From Vibrio vulnificus CMCP6 (GTDB taxonomy: Bacteria > Pseudomonadota > Gammaproteobacteria > Enterobacterales > Vibrionaceae), in assembly GCF_000039765.1 (NCBI RefSeq), contig NC_004459.3, positions 2,661,127 through 2,693,126 on the forward strand: 32,000 nt of DNA, given 5' to 3'. Positions 1-7,443 of this stretch are shown here, in pieces. The stretch's first letter is position 1. Each line of letters opens with the position of its first letter. The position numbers were made by a program, and so were the translations under genes. The notes beneath the pieces were generated by a model, which made no database searches, was not told where the DNA came from, and saw nothing but the letters and a program-made list of their open reading frames with translations.

Positions 1-98
1 TTTTATGGTAAATACGAATTATGTTTAATCATGAATAAGCGCAACAATATCAATAAAGGGTGGTAGAGGTTCAAACATTTCACGTAGCGTTATATTTA

Positions 99-126
99 AT
101 TTAACATAATATACATAATGCGCACT
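99..126 (-). other. dif: dif chromosome-dimer resolution site (XerC/XerD target), a marker of the replication terminus
   Basis: The reverse complement of 99-126 reads AGTGCGCATTA-TGTATA-TTATGTTAAAT (11-bp XerC arm, 6-bp central region, 11-bp XerD arm). It matches 26/28 positions of the E. coli dif sequence as I recall it (GGTGCGCATAATGTATATTATGTTAAAT); the central region and XerD arm are identical. The site lies in a non-coding gap, the matP gene is 2.2 kb away, and gene orientation is biased towards it. Confidence 0.9.
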
Positions 127-197
127 TAGCTAACGCTTCCGTAGGGCTACCAATCCACATAGCCAAGCCACCGCAAACCATTGAAATTGCGTACAAA

Positions 198-1415
198 TCA
201 CATAGACAATGTTAAGCGTCCGGGCATTCTTGCTTGAATATCTTTAAGCGATGTTCCTGGCATTTGTACTTGAGCAAACCAATATGGTTTGTGTTTTTCT
301 ACGAATGCATTGCTGTGCTGTAATCCATCATAGATTGAGAATGCCCGACTTTGTGCTAATGCAGCTCCTGCAATACTTCTTTCTTCAACAGGCACATTGT
401 CTATATCTTCAATCACAGCATTTTTGATAAACATTGCATTTGCTGGCCAATCCATGGACTCCAAGACTCGTTTGGCTAGTTGTCCCTCAAGTTCGAAAAT
501 AATTTTGGGTAAAAAAGACATATTGGCGACGACCTCTGCACAAGCGTAATACTCTTCACGCATATCTTGCTCACGGTATTTGAGCATCATCTCAACTAAA
601 GCATCTTCAAATGTATGTGTAAAATGGTTTGATGCGAGAAACTGACCAACCGTTCTCAACACACCAATCAAGATGCCTGCATCGGGCTCTTTGAAATTTG
701 CATCTTGTAAGCGCATTCTAGTGACATTCGCGGTGACTATCATGTGTTGCCACATTTTAGGAGCAATCAACTTGGTATTCGCATCGGACCATTTGAGCAT
801 CGGCCTAGCCATCAGAACAGGGAAAAGTAAACGGCAATTTTCTATGCCCATCTGCCCTATTGCTATTTTCGCATCAGTCGCACTTTTTGATGATTTCCCT
901 ATGCGTTCGCAGAATTTGGGGTTTGTAACGAGATCTAAAACGCTTGAACTAAGCTGATGACTCAAGGTTGTCAAAGTACTCAACTTGGAGAAACTCAAGG
1001 ATGGTGAGTAAGCAAACGAAGCAAGATGATCAAAGTTGGGTATACCATTGAACAATTTATCTATAGGCGTATTGAGTAGTTTCTCAATCATCATGTGCTC
1101 AGCATGGCGGGTAACATCCACAACGACACGTTTATGGGTATTTTGTCTTGCTTTTACCTGTTCACGCCGCTCAACCACTTTTGCCTGCTCACATTCTAAT
1201 AAAATGCGTTGATTGCGAGTGATACGCTCATCTTCAGAAAAAATAACGTCTTCGCAATAGCGACCTTGTAAACTAAGTAGGTTATCAACGTTAGACTGAT
1301 CGAGAATGTATTTCATACTCACTAACCACTTGGCATGTCTAACATTAACCTCATTTGCCACTTGTTCCGCTGTTTCAATCGCTTCTTGTGTATACCGTCT
1401 GTTGGCGAGTAGCAA
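198..1415 (-). CDS. Hypothetical regulatory protein, possibly with a degenerate HDOD-like domain
   Basis: 405-aa ORF with a TTG start at 1415 and AAGGGA 7 nt upstream. The central part (AIGQMGIENCRLL, KMWQHMIVTANVTRMRL, AGILIGVLRTVGQF) resembles the HDOD helix pattern, but the HD-type residues are not conserved. The family call is by eye only. Confidence 0.5.
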   Translation of the reverse strand: MLLANRRYTQEAIETAEQVANEVNVRHAKWLVSMKYILDQSNVDNLLSLQGRYCEDVIFSEDERITRNQRILLECEQAKVVERREQVKARQNTHKRVVVDVTRHAEHMMIEKLLNTPIDKLFNGIPNFDHLASFAYSPSLSFSKLSTLTTLSHQLSSSVLDLVTNPKFCERIGKSSKSATDAKIAIGQMGIENCRLLFPVLMARPMLKWSDANTKLIAPKMWQHMIVTANVTRMRLQDANFKEPDAGILIGVLRTVGQFLASNHFTHTFEDALVEMMLKYREQDMREEYYACAEVVANMSFLPKIIFELEGQLAKRVLESMDWPANAMFIKNAVIEDIDNVPVEERSIAGAALAQSRAFSIYDGLQHSNAFVEKHKPYWFAQVQMPGTSLKDIQARMPGRLTLSM

Positions 1416-1617
1416 ATCTGTATCCCTTTAAAGATTTATCACTAGTTTTAGTTTATTCCATAGAGACCAAAAATGAGAAACCAAAGTGATATTGCTTCCA
1501 TTATTTAATCTTGAAATTGCCTACTCTGTCACTATAAGTCACTGACGACAATCGTTCTTGAACATCACATTGAGTAGTAAACGTTCACAACACACCATGT
1601 TTTCAATCAATTATTAA

Positions 1618-1944
1618 TTAGCTCGAGATGTGAATGACAATCATTCGTTCCGGTACCTTATAGCGAAATTTACTGCCGACTTTGATTGTTTGCTTCGCAA
1701 AGCGACATATTTTGGCATCCCCCGTCCCATTGACCTTCTCAACCACCGCATGCTTGTCAGTGTGATTAAAATAAACGACAACGTCGCAATAGCCCGAATA
1801 GTGGACAAATTCTTTGTCGATTTTCTTTTGTACTGACTTTTTTAGCTTTAACGCTATTGGGTTACGAGTGGAATCATCGGCATGAATTGCACTTGGATAG
1901 AAAAGTAAAAGAGATGAAATAAGAAAAGTGACACTGTATCGCAT
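1618..1944 (-). CDS. Small secreted protein with a TolA C-terminal (domain III)-like core
   Basis: 108 aa with an N-terminal signal peptide (MRYSVTFLISSLLLFYPSAIHA/DD). The mature part has a G-x-C-D-V-V-V ... G-T-G-D-A-K-I-C-R-F-A pattern with two Cys 27 residues apart. This is comparable to E. coli TolA-III (GKTCTLRIKL...GGDPALCQAAL, 25 apart) as I recall it. Confidence 0.45.
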   Translation of the reverse strand: MRYSVTFLISSLLLFYPSAIHADDSTRNPIALKLKKSVQKKIDKEFVHYSGYCDVVVYFNHTDKHAVVEKVNGTGDAKICRFAKQTIKVGSKFRYKVPERMIVIHISS

Positions 1945-2048
1945 ATTTTTTCCAAATGAAAATACAATACAGTGCTCAGACTGGATGATATACGTCGATT
2001 CTATTCAATTGCGTGGAGGATTAGTGGTTGTTGCAATTGATATGTTTG

Positions 2049-2360
2049 TTAGGCGTGTTTCTTACCTTTGCTAGACTTAAATCCTTGATGTGGAAATACG
2101 TTACGAATTCTTTGTTGGACTTTCTTTGGCACTTGTTTACTGAACACCAACTTTGCACCAGTACGTAAGCTGTAAACTTTCATTTCACCATCAAAAGGCG
2201 TCTTCTCACCAATCTCCACTAAATTATGGCGAAAAGACGGTGGCAAGTTCCCTTTGATTGACTGAAGGTGTCCTTCTTTAAAGGAAACTTTCAATACGGG
2301 GCGGTCAATGGCCACTAGCCAAAAGATAACGATAGCGGCAACGATAATGACATACAACAT
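2049..2360 (-). CDS. Small membrane-anchored protein (DUF3634-like)
   Basis: 103 aa with an N-terminal TM helix (LYVIIVAAIVIFWLVAI) and a basic C-terminus. A strong SD (AGGAG) precedes the ATG, and the start is only 15 nt after the matP stop, so it is likely co-transcribed with matP. Confidence 0.6.
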   Translation of the reverse strand: MLYVIIVAAIVIFWLVAIDRPVLKVSFKEGHLQSIKGNLPPSFRHNLVEIGEKTPFDGEMKVYSLRTGAKLVFSKQVPKKVQQRIRNVFPHQGFKSSKGKKHA

Positions 2361-2375
2361 GTGTGTTCTCCTGCA

Positions 2376-2825
2376 CTAATCGGATAATAACTTGCTTAAG
2401 TCTTCTTTCAGAGTCGATACGGCTGCACTCGCTTTTTCGCTACGAGAAGCTTCACTCAGTAAATATTCAATGGCATCAGACAAAGTACAACCCAATTCAT
2501 TCGCACGTGTCGATAGCTTTTCCCACACACGATAATCTAAATCGATGGATTTTTTCTTTGTATGGATCTGCTCAGCATTGAAATGGCGCTTGCGTTTACC
2601 ACGAATGGCTTGTTTGAGTTTCTTGTCCAACTCCTCCGCCATGTGCAAATCAATCCACTCGAGGACTTTGGTCGGTTCATGTTCTAACTTTCTTAGTTCA
2701 GAAACTGCATGGTCAGCTTCACTCGAATCAATATATTTAGTGATGGTTTCTCCATCTTTCCACTTATTGATCAAATACTGCCATTTCCACCCACATTCCA
2801 AGTTTTCGAGTTGTTGATATTTCAT
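2376..2825 (-). CDS. matP: Macrodomain Ter protein MatP
   Basis: 149 aa. The N-terminus [18 protein letters not shown] and the segment [27 protein letters not shown] are near-identical to E. coli MatP ([18 protein letters not shown]...[24 protein letters not shown]). The gene is syntenic with ycbZ-fabA. Confidence 0.95.
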   Translation of the reverse strand: [149 protein letters not shown]

Positions 2826-2851
2826 TTTTCCATGTCCTAGCGCTACTTAGG

Positions 2852-2864
2852 GTGACAGCGTAAC
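2852..2864 (+). promoter_or_regulatory. matS-like site (12/13 to GTGACRNYGTCAC) in the matP 5' region
   Basis: GTGACAGCGTAAC lies 26 nt beyond the matP ATG (2825) on the upstream side. It has a single mismatch (C11 to A) relative to the E. coli matS consensus and abuts a 14-bp palindrome, AACCCATGTGGGTT (2862-2875). Confidence 0.35.
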
Positions 2865-3013
2865 CCATGTGGGTTTAATTCTCAACAAAACGTGGTCGAA
2901 GGATAGAGAGAGATCAACTTTTTCCTCCCTCACCCTCTATTTAGCCGGATTTAACTGCAGATTTTGTTGGTTCTGATATACTCCGCTGCAATTAAAGTTT
3001 ATGAAGAAAGTCA

Positions 3014-4657
3014 ATGAACCAAATTAACTGGCAAGCCGTTACGCCACAATTCGATCAATTTGAATCGTCTTTTGCTAATCTTCACTCTATTGAGTTAACC
3101 CATTATTTTGAGCTACAAGAGCGTGCATTAGCAACATTCCGTCACTTTACCCTTCTTTCTGGAATGGCTCGTTTCTTGGTAATTAATTGTTGTGATAACC
3201 CTATCTATCGTGGTTTGGTTGAAGAAGGATTGAACTCTATTGATCCTGAACTAGTGGTCCTAAAAACAGAGACGCTCTCTCCTTCTCATCTCTTTGACCG
3301 CTATAAGCTTAATGCTAATGGTGACGTCGAAATCATTACAGGACTGTTCTCTAAAGCTCGTGGTGGCATTGTCACTGTCTCTGCGAATTTGCTGCTTGCA
3401 AATCCGGGCTCTTGGCCAGCGATTAAGGCGGCAGTGCTTGGCGAATCCCTACTCATTTCTCCATTAAAACCCGAGTGGCAATCATCACACCTGGAACCGA
3501 CTTGCTACGACATAAAATTGGTTATTACTGGTGATCGTGGGCAATTAGCAGATCTTGAGTATCTTGATCCTGATCTCTTCTCTCCAATGACTTTATTCAC
3601 TGAACTCGAAGAAGATTTTCACTTAGGTGAAGAGAATTTAGATGCCTATGTTGGATACATTAAATGGATATGTGATCGTTACCATCTGCCCAGTTTTGAT
3701 AAGGACGCCCTACAACGTTTGTTGATTGCCGGTGTTCGTGAAACAGAGGACCAACATTATCTGCCTCTCTCACCAATTTGGCTTCATCAATGGTTATCTC
3801 TGGCCGCCATTGAATCGCAAGGTTATCAGATCAACGGCGAGCACATGGATGCGGCCATTGAGAAAAAATATTTCCGAGAGTCTTATCTCCCCCAACGCGC
3901 TATCGACGATATCCTAGATGGCCAAGTGATCATTGAAACCACCGGCGAACAAATCGGTCAGATTAACGGCCTAACCGTTATTGATGTCGCAGGTCACCCG
4001 GTTTCTTATGGTGAGCCAGCGCGAATTTCTTGTGTTATCCATTTTGGTGACGGTGATATTTCTGACGTTGAACGTAAAGCCGAGCTCGGCGGAAATCTTC
4101 ATGCAAAGGGTATGATGATCATGCAAGCATTTGTCAGCAGTGCGCTTCAGCTAGATGCGCCACTGCCTTATTCTGCTTCTATCGTATTTGAGCAATCTTA
4201 CAGTGAAGTCGATGGAGATAGTGCGTCACTTGCTGAACTTTGCTGCCTAGTCAGCGCCCTATCTGAGTACCCCATCAATCAGCAAATCGCAGTAACGGGT
4301 GCAGTGGACCAATTTGGCCGTGTACAAGCCGTAGGAGGCCTAAATGAAAAAATTGAAGGCTTCTATCAGGTTTGTAAACATCAAGGTTTCACTGGCGAAC
4401 AAGGGGTTATTTTGCCAGAAACGAACTTAAAACATCTGGCACTTCATAAAGAAGTGGTCGAAAGTATTAAGCTCGGTGAGTTTCATATTTGGGCGGTATC
4501 CGATGTTGAAGACGTGATCCCTATCATTATGAATAAGCCGTTTTGTGGCGAAGACGAAGATAGCGTGCTCAACAAAATTGCGGAAAGAATCGATAACTTT
4601 GCGAAGCATGATCATCCGCAAGGCTTTGTTCAATGGATTAAAAACTGGTTTGTCTAG
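3014..4657 (+). CDS. ycbZ: Lon-like protease homologue without an AAA+ module (YcbZ/LonH family)
   Basis: 547 aa. The C-terminal half aligns closely with E. coli YcbZ (ISCVIHFGDGDISDVERKAELGGNLHAKGMMIMQAF...FEQSYSEVDGDSASLAEL...VGGLNEKIEGF). The Ser (DGDSAS) and Lys (NEKIEG) catalytic motifs are present, and no Walker A motif was seen. Confidence 0.85.
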   Translation: MNQINWQAVTPQFDQFESSFANLHSIELTHYFELQERALATFRHFTLLSGMARFLVINCCDNPIYRGLVEEGLNSIDPELVVLKTETLSPSHLFDRYKLNANGDVEIITGLFSKARGGIVTVSANLLLANPGSWPAIKAAVLGESLLISPLKPEWQSSHLEPTCYDIKLVITGDRGQLADLEYLDPDLFSPMTLFTELEEDFHLGEENLDAYVGYIKWICDRYHLPSFDKDALQRLLIAGVRETEDQHYLPLSPIWLHQWLSLAAIESQGYQINGEHMDAAIEKKYFRESYLPQRAIDDILDGQVIIETTGEQIGQINGLTVIDVAGHPVSYGEPARISCVIHFGDGDISDVERKAELGGNLHAKGMMIMQAFVSSALQLDAPLPYSASIVFEQSYSEVDGDSASLAELCCLVSALSEYPINQQIAVTGAVDQFGRVQAVGGLNEKIEGFYQVCKHQGFTGEQGVILPETNLKHLALHKEVVESIKLGEFHIWAVSDVEDVIPIIMNKPFCGEDEDSVLNKIAERIDNFAKHDHPQGFVQWIKNWFV

Positions 4658-4674
4658 TACTGATCGGAGTTGTT
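4658..4674 (+). promoter_or_regulatory. FadR operator of the fabA promoter
   Basis: TACTGATCGGAGTTGTT matches 15/17 positions of the E. coli fabA FadR site as I recall it (AACTGATCGGACTTGTT). It starts 1 nt after the ycbZ stop, and its 3' end overlaps a candidate -35 (TTGTTT, 4670-4675). Confidence 0.6.
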
Positions 4675-4693
4675 TAGCGTACACCTGTTCACT
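4675..4693 (+). promoter_or_regulatory. FabR operator of the fabA promoter
   Basis: TAGCGTACACCTGTTCACT resembles the E. coli fabA/fabB FabR palindrome core (AGCGTACACGTGT...). It fills the 17-bp spacer between the candidate -35 (TTGTTT) and -10 (TAACAT, 4693-4698). Confidence 0.55.
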
Positions 4694-4728
4694 AACATGC
4701 CTGTGTCTAAAATTGGAGTTTACAAACA

Positions 4729-5247
4729 ATGCAGAATAAACGTGAATCATATACCCGCGAAGATCTTTTAGCCTCTAGTCAAGGTGAACTGTTTGGCCCT
4801 GGTTACCCTCAGCTACCAGCACCAAACATGTTAATGATGGACCGAGTAACCAAAATGTCAGAAACTGAAGGCGACTTTGGTAAAGGCCTCATCTTGGCAG
4901 AGCTAGATATCAAACCGGATCTATGGTTCTTTGACTGCCATTTCCCTGGCGACCCAGTGATGCCTGGTTGTCTTGGCTTGGATGCGATGTGGCAGTTAGT
5001 TGGTTTCTTCCTTGGTTGGGTTGGCGGCAAAGGCAAAGGCCGCGCTTTGGGCGTTGGTGAGGTTAAATTTACTGGTCAAATCCTCCCTACAGCGAAAAAG
5101 GTGACCTACGAGATCCACATGAAACGAGTTGTCAATCGTAAGCTTGTTATGGGTCTAGCGGATGGCCGAGTTCTTGTCGACGGTAAAGAGATTTACGTCG
5201 CTAAGGATCTAAAAGTGGGTCTTTTCCAAGACACCTCAGCATTCTAA
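4729..5247 (+). CDS. fabA: 3-hydroxydecanoyl-ACP dehydratase/isomerase FabA
   Basis: 172 aa, near-identical to E. coli FabA over its full length ([70 protein letters not shown]). GGAG SD at 4715-4718. Confidence 0.97.
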   Translation: MQNKRESYTREDLLASSQGELFGPGYPQLPAPNMLMMDRVTKMSETEGDFGKGLILAELDIKPDLWFFDCHFPGDPVMPGCLGLDAMWQLVGFFLGWVGGKGKGRALGVGEVKFTGQILPTAKKVTYEIHMKRVVNRKLVMGLADGRVLVDGKEIYVAKDLKVGLFQDTSAF

Positions 5248-5275
5248 GTTGTTCCACTTTCCAGTGATTTTGATG

Positions 5276-5300
5276 AAACGGCTCTTTGGGCCGTTTTTTA
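5276..5300 (+). terminator. Rho-independent terminator of fabA
   Basis: AAACGGC (5276-5282) pairs with GCCGTTT (5290-5296) across a 7-nt loop, followed by a T-run (TTTTTTA). Confidence 0.7.
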
Positions 5301-5330
5301 TTGCGCCTTTCATTTTTTATTCCGCCCAAT

Positions 5331-5356
5331 AATAGAAAAGACCCACATCGTGGGCC
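5331..5356 (-). terminator. Rho-independent terminator of rmf
   Basis: On the minus strand: GGCCCAC-GAT-GTGGGTC (one G:U pair) followed by TTTTCTATT. It lies 35 nt downstream of the rmf stop. Confidence 0.6.
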
Positions 5357-5390
5357 CTTCTTTAAAATCCTTCTGTGTTGTATGTGGACA

Positions 5391-5564
5391 TCATTTATAG
5401 AGACCAGAAAGTTTGTCACTTCTGGCATCACGCCAACCACCTAACCAATACGAACGAGCGTCCATCTGTTGATAAGGACATTCTTCCTGAGATCTACCGT
5501 TTAAGCCTGCCTTGTAGCCTTGGGATTGTGCTCGTTCTAGGCGATCACGCTTTTGTCTCTTCAT
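5391..5564 (-). CDS. rmf: Ribosome modulation factor
   Basis: MKRQKRDRLERAQSQGYKAGLNGRSQEECPYQ...WLGGWRDA matches E. coli RMF (MKRQKRDRLERAHQRGYQAGIAGRSKEMCPYQ...WLGGWREA). The true start is the ATG at 5564, preceded by a GAGG SD; the ORF-track start at 5588 is an upstream extension. Confidence 0.92.
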   Translation of the reverse strand: MKRQKRDRLERAQSQGYKAGLNGRSQEECPYQQMDARSYWLGGWRDARSDKLSGLYK

Positions 5565-5674
5565 AATTTCTACCTCATACAGGTCCATTAGAACTAACGT
5601 ACTACTGTGAAACTTTGATGGAGTTTTTGTGACTCCACAATTAAGAATCGATCAAATGAAGGGATTTCTCAAGC

Positions 5675-5713
5675 GATAAAAAAGGCACAACTTCAAAATT
5701 GTGAAGCTGTGCC
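5675..5713 (-). terminator. Rho-independent terminator downstream of the GlyGly-CTERM protein gene
   Basis: On the minus strand: GGCACAGCTTCA-CAATT-TTGAAGTTGTGCC (imperfect 12-bp stem) followed by TTTTTTATC. Confidence 0.7.
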
Positions 5714-5729
5714 TAGTTTAAAAAATAGC

Positions 5730-7436
5730 CTATTTTCTGCGGAAACCAAATAAAACCAGTAATGTCAAAGACAACCAACCAAGTCCTGCACCGCTACGCT
5801 CTGCTGAAGCTTTTTCAACTGGACGCGCATTAATATTACTTGCATCCGCATCTGCAATAGGAATTAGCTTAACGGCAACCACTGTTTCCTCTTTGGAACC
5901 TTCACCACAATATGAGTTGTGTGCGGTTGTATCGTAGCCACCGTCACACTTGATTGCTGTCGCGGAAATTACACCAGCATCATTGATATCCGTTGCGTCG
6001 ATAATACGATATTGGTTGTTTTCAACAGGCGCGTTGGAACCATTGGTAAGGTCATCCAAATACCACGCTTTGTTATCAAATATCGATCTTCTACTTTCAA
6101 CAGAACCATTAGCCTCATAAGGCAGAATGAATCCACGTTTACGACGCGGCTTGCCATCGATCTCTCGGGTATCTTCTGCATCTAACTGACCAACAATTTC
6201 ATTGTATTTGTTGATGCCACCCATTTTACCGCCTGCACCAGAGAAGAAGATCCCCCCTAACTCAGGTAGAAATGTCGCCGAAACACTTTCGGCTCTAACA
6301 TCTTTTAACAAGAATAGTCGATTGGCTGCTGAACCTTCAGACGGTTTACCACCAGCGCGCTTTGCTTCGCCTATTGCGACAAAATTACTGTTTACGTTAG
6401 TGACAACAGAATTACTGTGAATGATATCACCGCTGATCTTCATCTGCGCGCCACTAACTTGTTTGCTTTGCCAAGTAGAGTCTTTTAATGCACCGCTAGC
6501 GTCAAACGTACCAACAAACACGCTGGCATTAATATAGTTGTCATCTGCGTAAGTGTTGTAACCAACGCCGTAAACTTTATTGTTTGTTGTATCGACAACC
6601 ACATCACGCATACTTCCTTGCGCCAAACGTTCGCCATCTCTATCTACGCCTTGAGGCCAATCCAACTGTTTCACTACGCCAGCATCGTCCCAAATGGCCG
6701 CTTTACTCGTATAGTGTGTGCCGTTTTCATTACCTGTTTTAGAGGACACGCTGCCAACAGTGTAAGTACCATCCGTCTTCCAAGCTCGTGATTGATAGAA
6801 ATCAGTTTCCGTGTCTGTGTCGCTGACCTTTTCATACACAGGCATCACTGGCGCCACGACTTTATTGCGGGTCTGTAACACCCCCTCACCATTGACAATG
6901 CTTTGATTCCCAACGGGTGAGCCGCTTTCCGTTAAACTGTTAATGACATTGTTGAATTTATTGGTGTAGGCGCTTTGATTACCTTCCACAAAAGCCAGTG
7001 CGTTTGAAGTATAGTCTTTGCTTAGTTCTTTGTACCAAGGAGCCCAGTGAATCGATGCCCACGTTTCACACGTCGAATAACGCAGCTCGTTGTAGCAATA
7101 ACGCTCAAAGTCATCAAACTCCTGGATATAGCCAAACGTCGCATCCATCGCAAACGGAAGCTCTTCTCGATAGCTCACCCCATCGACACTGACACGAGTC
7201 TCAAGTGCGAGTTTGAACTTATCGTCTGTACAATTAGCACCATTTGCGAAACAACCGGTTTCGAAAGCGACATCACCTTGTTGAATTGCAACACCATAAG
7301 CATCGTTATAGGTTGATGAGCTTCCATTGAGTGCAGGATCAACTTCAACGACCTTATACAAAGCGGCGTTGGCATTCATGGCGCTACCAACGAGTAGCGC
7401 GACTGTGGTTAATTTGAATCTAATACTGCAATTCAT
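5730..7436 (-). CDS. Secreted DUF3466-like protein with a GlyGly-CTERM-type sorting signal (predicted rhombosortase substrate)
   Basis: 568 aa with a signal peptide (MNCSIRFKLTTVALLVGSAMNANA/A). The C-terminus SGAGLGWLSLTLLVLFGFRRK has a small-residue Gly motif, a TM helix and a basic tail. The start is 7 nt after the uup stop. Confidence 0.7.
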   Translation of the reverse strand: MNCSIRFKLTTVALLVGSAMNANAALYKVVEVDPALNGSSSTYNDAYGVAIQQGDVAFETGCFANGANCTDDKFKLALETRVSVDGVSYREELPFAMDATFGYIQEFDDFERYCYNELRYSTCETWASIHWAPWYKELSKDYTSNALAFVEGNQSAYTNKFNNVINSLTESGSPVGNQSIVNGEGVLQTRNKVVAPVMPVYEKVSDTDTETDFYQSRAWKTDGTYTVGSVSSKTGNENGTHYTSKAAIWDDAGVVKQLDWPQGVDRDGERLAQGSMRDVVVDTTNNKVYGVGYNTYADDNYINASVFVGTFDASGALKDSTWQSKQVSGAQMKISGDIIHSNSVVTNVNSNFVAIGEAKRAGGKPSEGSAANRLFLLKDVRAESVSATFLPELGGIFFSGAGGKMGGINKYNEIVGQLDAEDTREIDGKPRRKRGFILPYEANGSVESRRSIFDNKAWYLDDLTNGSNAPVENNQYRIIDATDINDAGVISATAIKCDGGYDTTAHNSYCGEGSKEETVVAVKLIPIADADASNINARPVEKASAERSGAGLGWLSLTLLVLFGFRRK

Positions 7437-7443
7437 CTATTTA

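Noticed and set aside
101-181. 26-codon ORF on the minus strand (MVCGGLAMWIGSPTEALAKCALCILC) just downstream of the first gene.
   Set aside because: It has no SD, and its 3' third is simply the dif site read as codons. The dif explanation accounts for the sequence conservation.
2921-2940. CCTCCCTCACCCTC considered as KOPS.
   Set aside because: No 8-mer within it fits CCCTNCCC or GGGNAGGG exactly.
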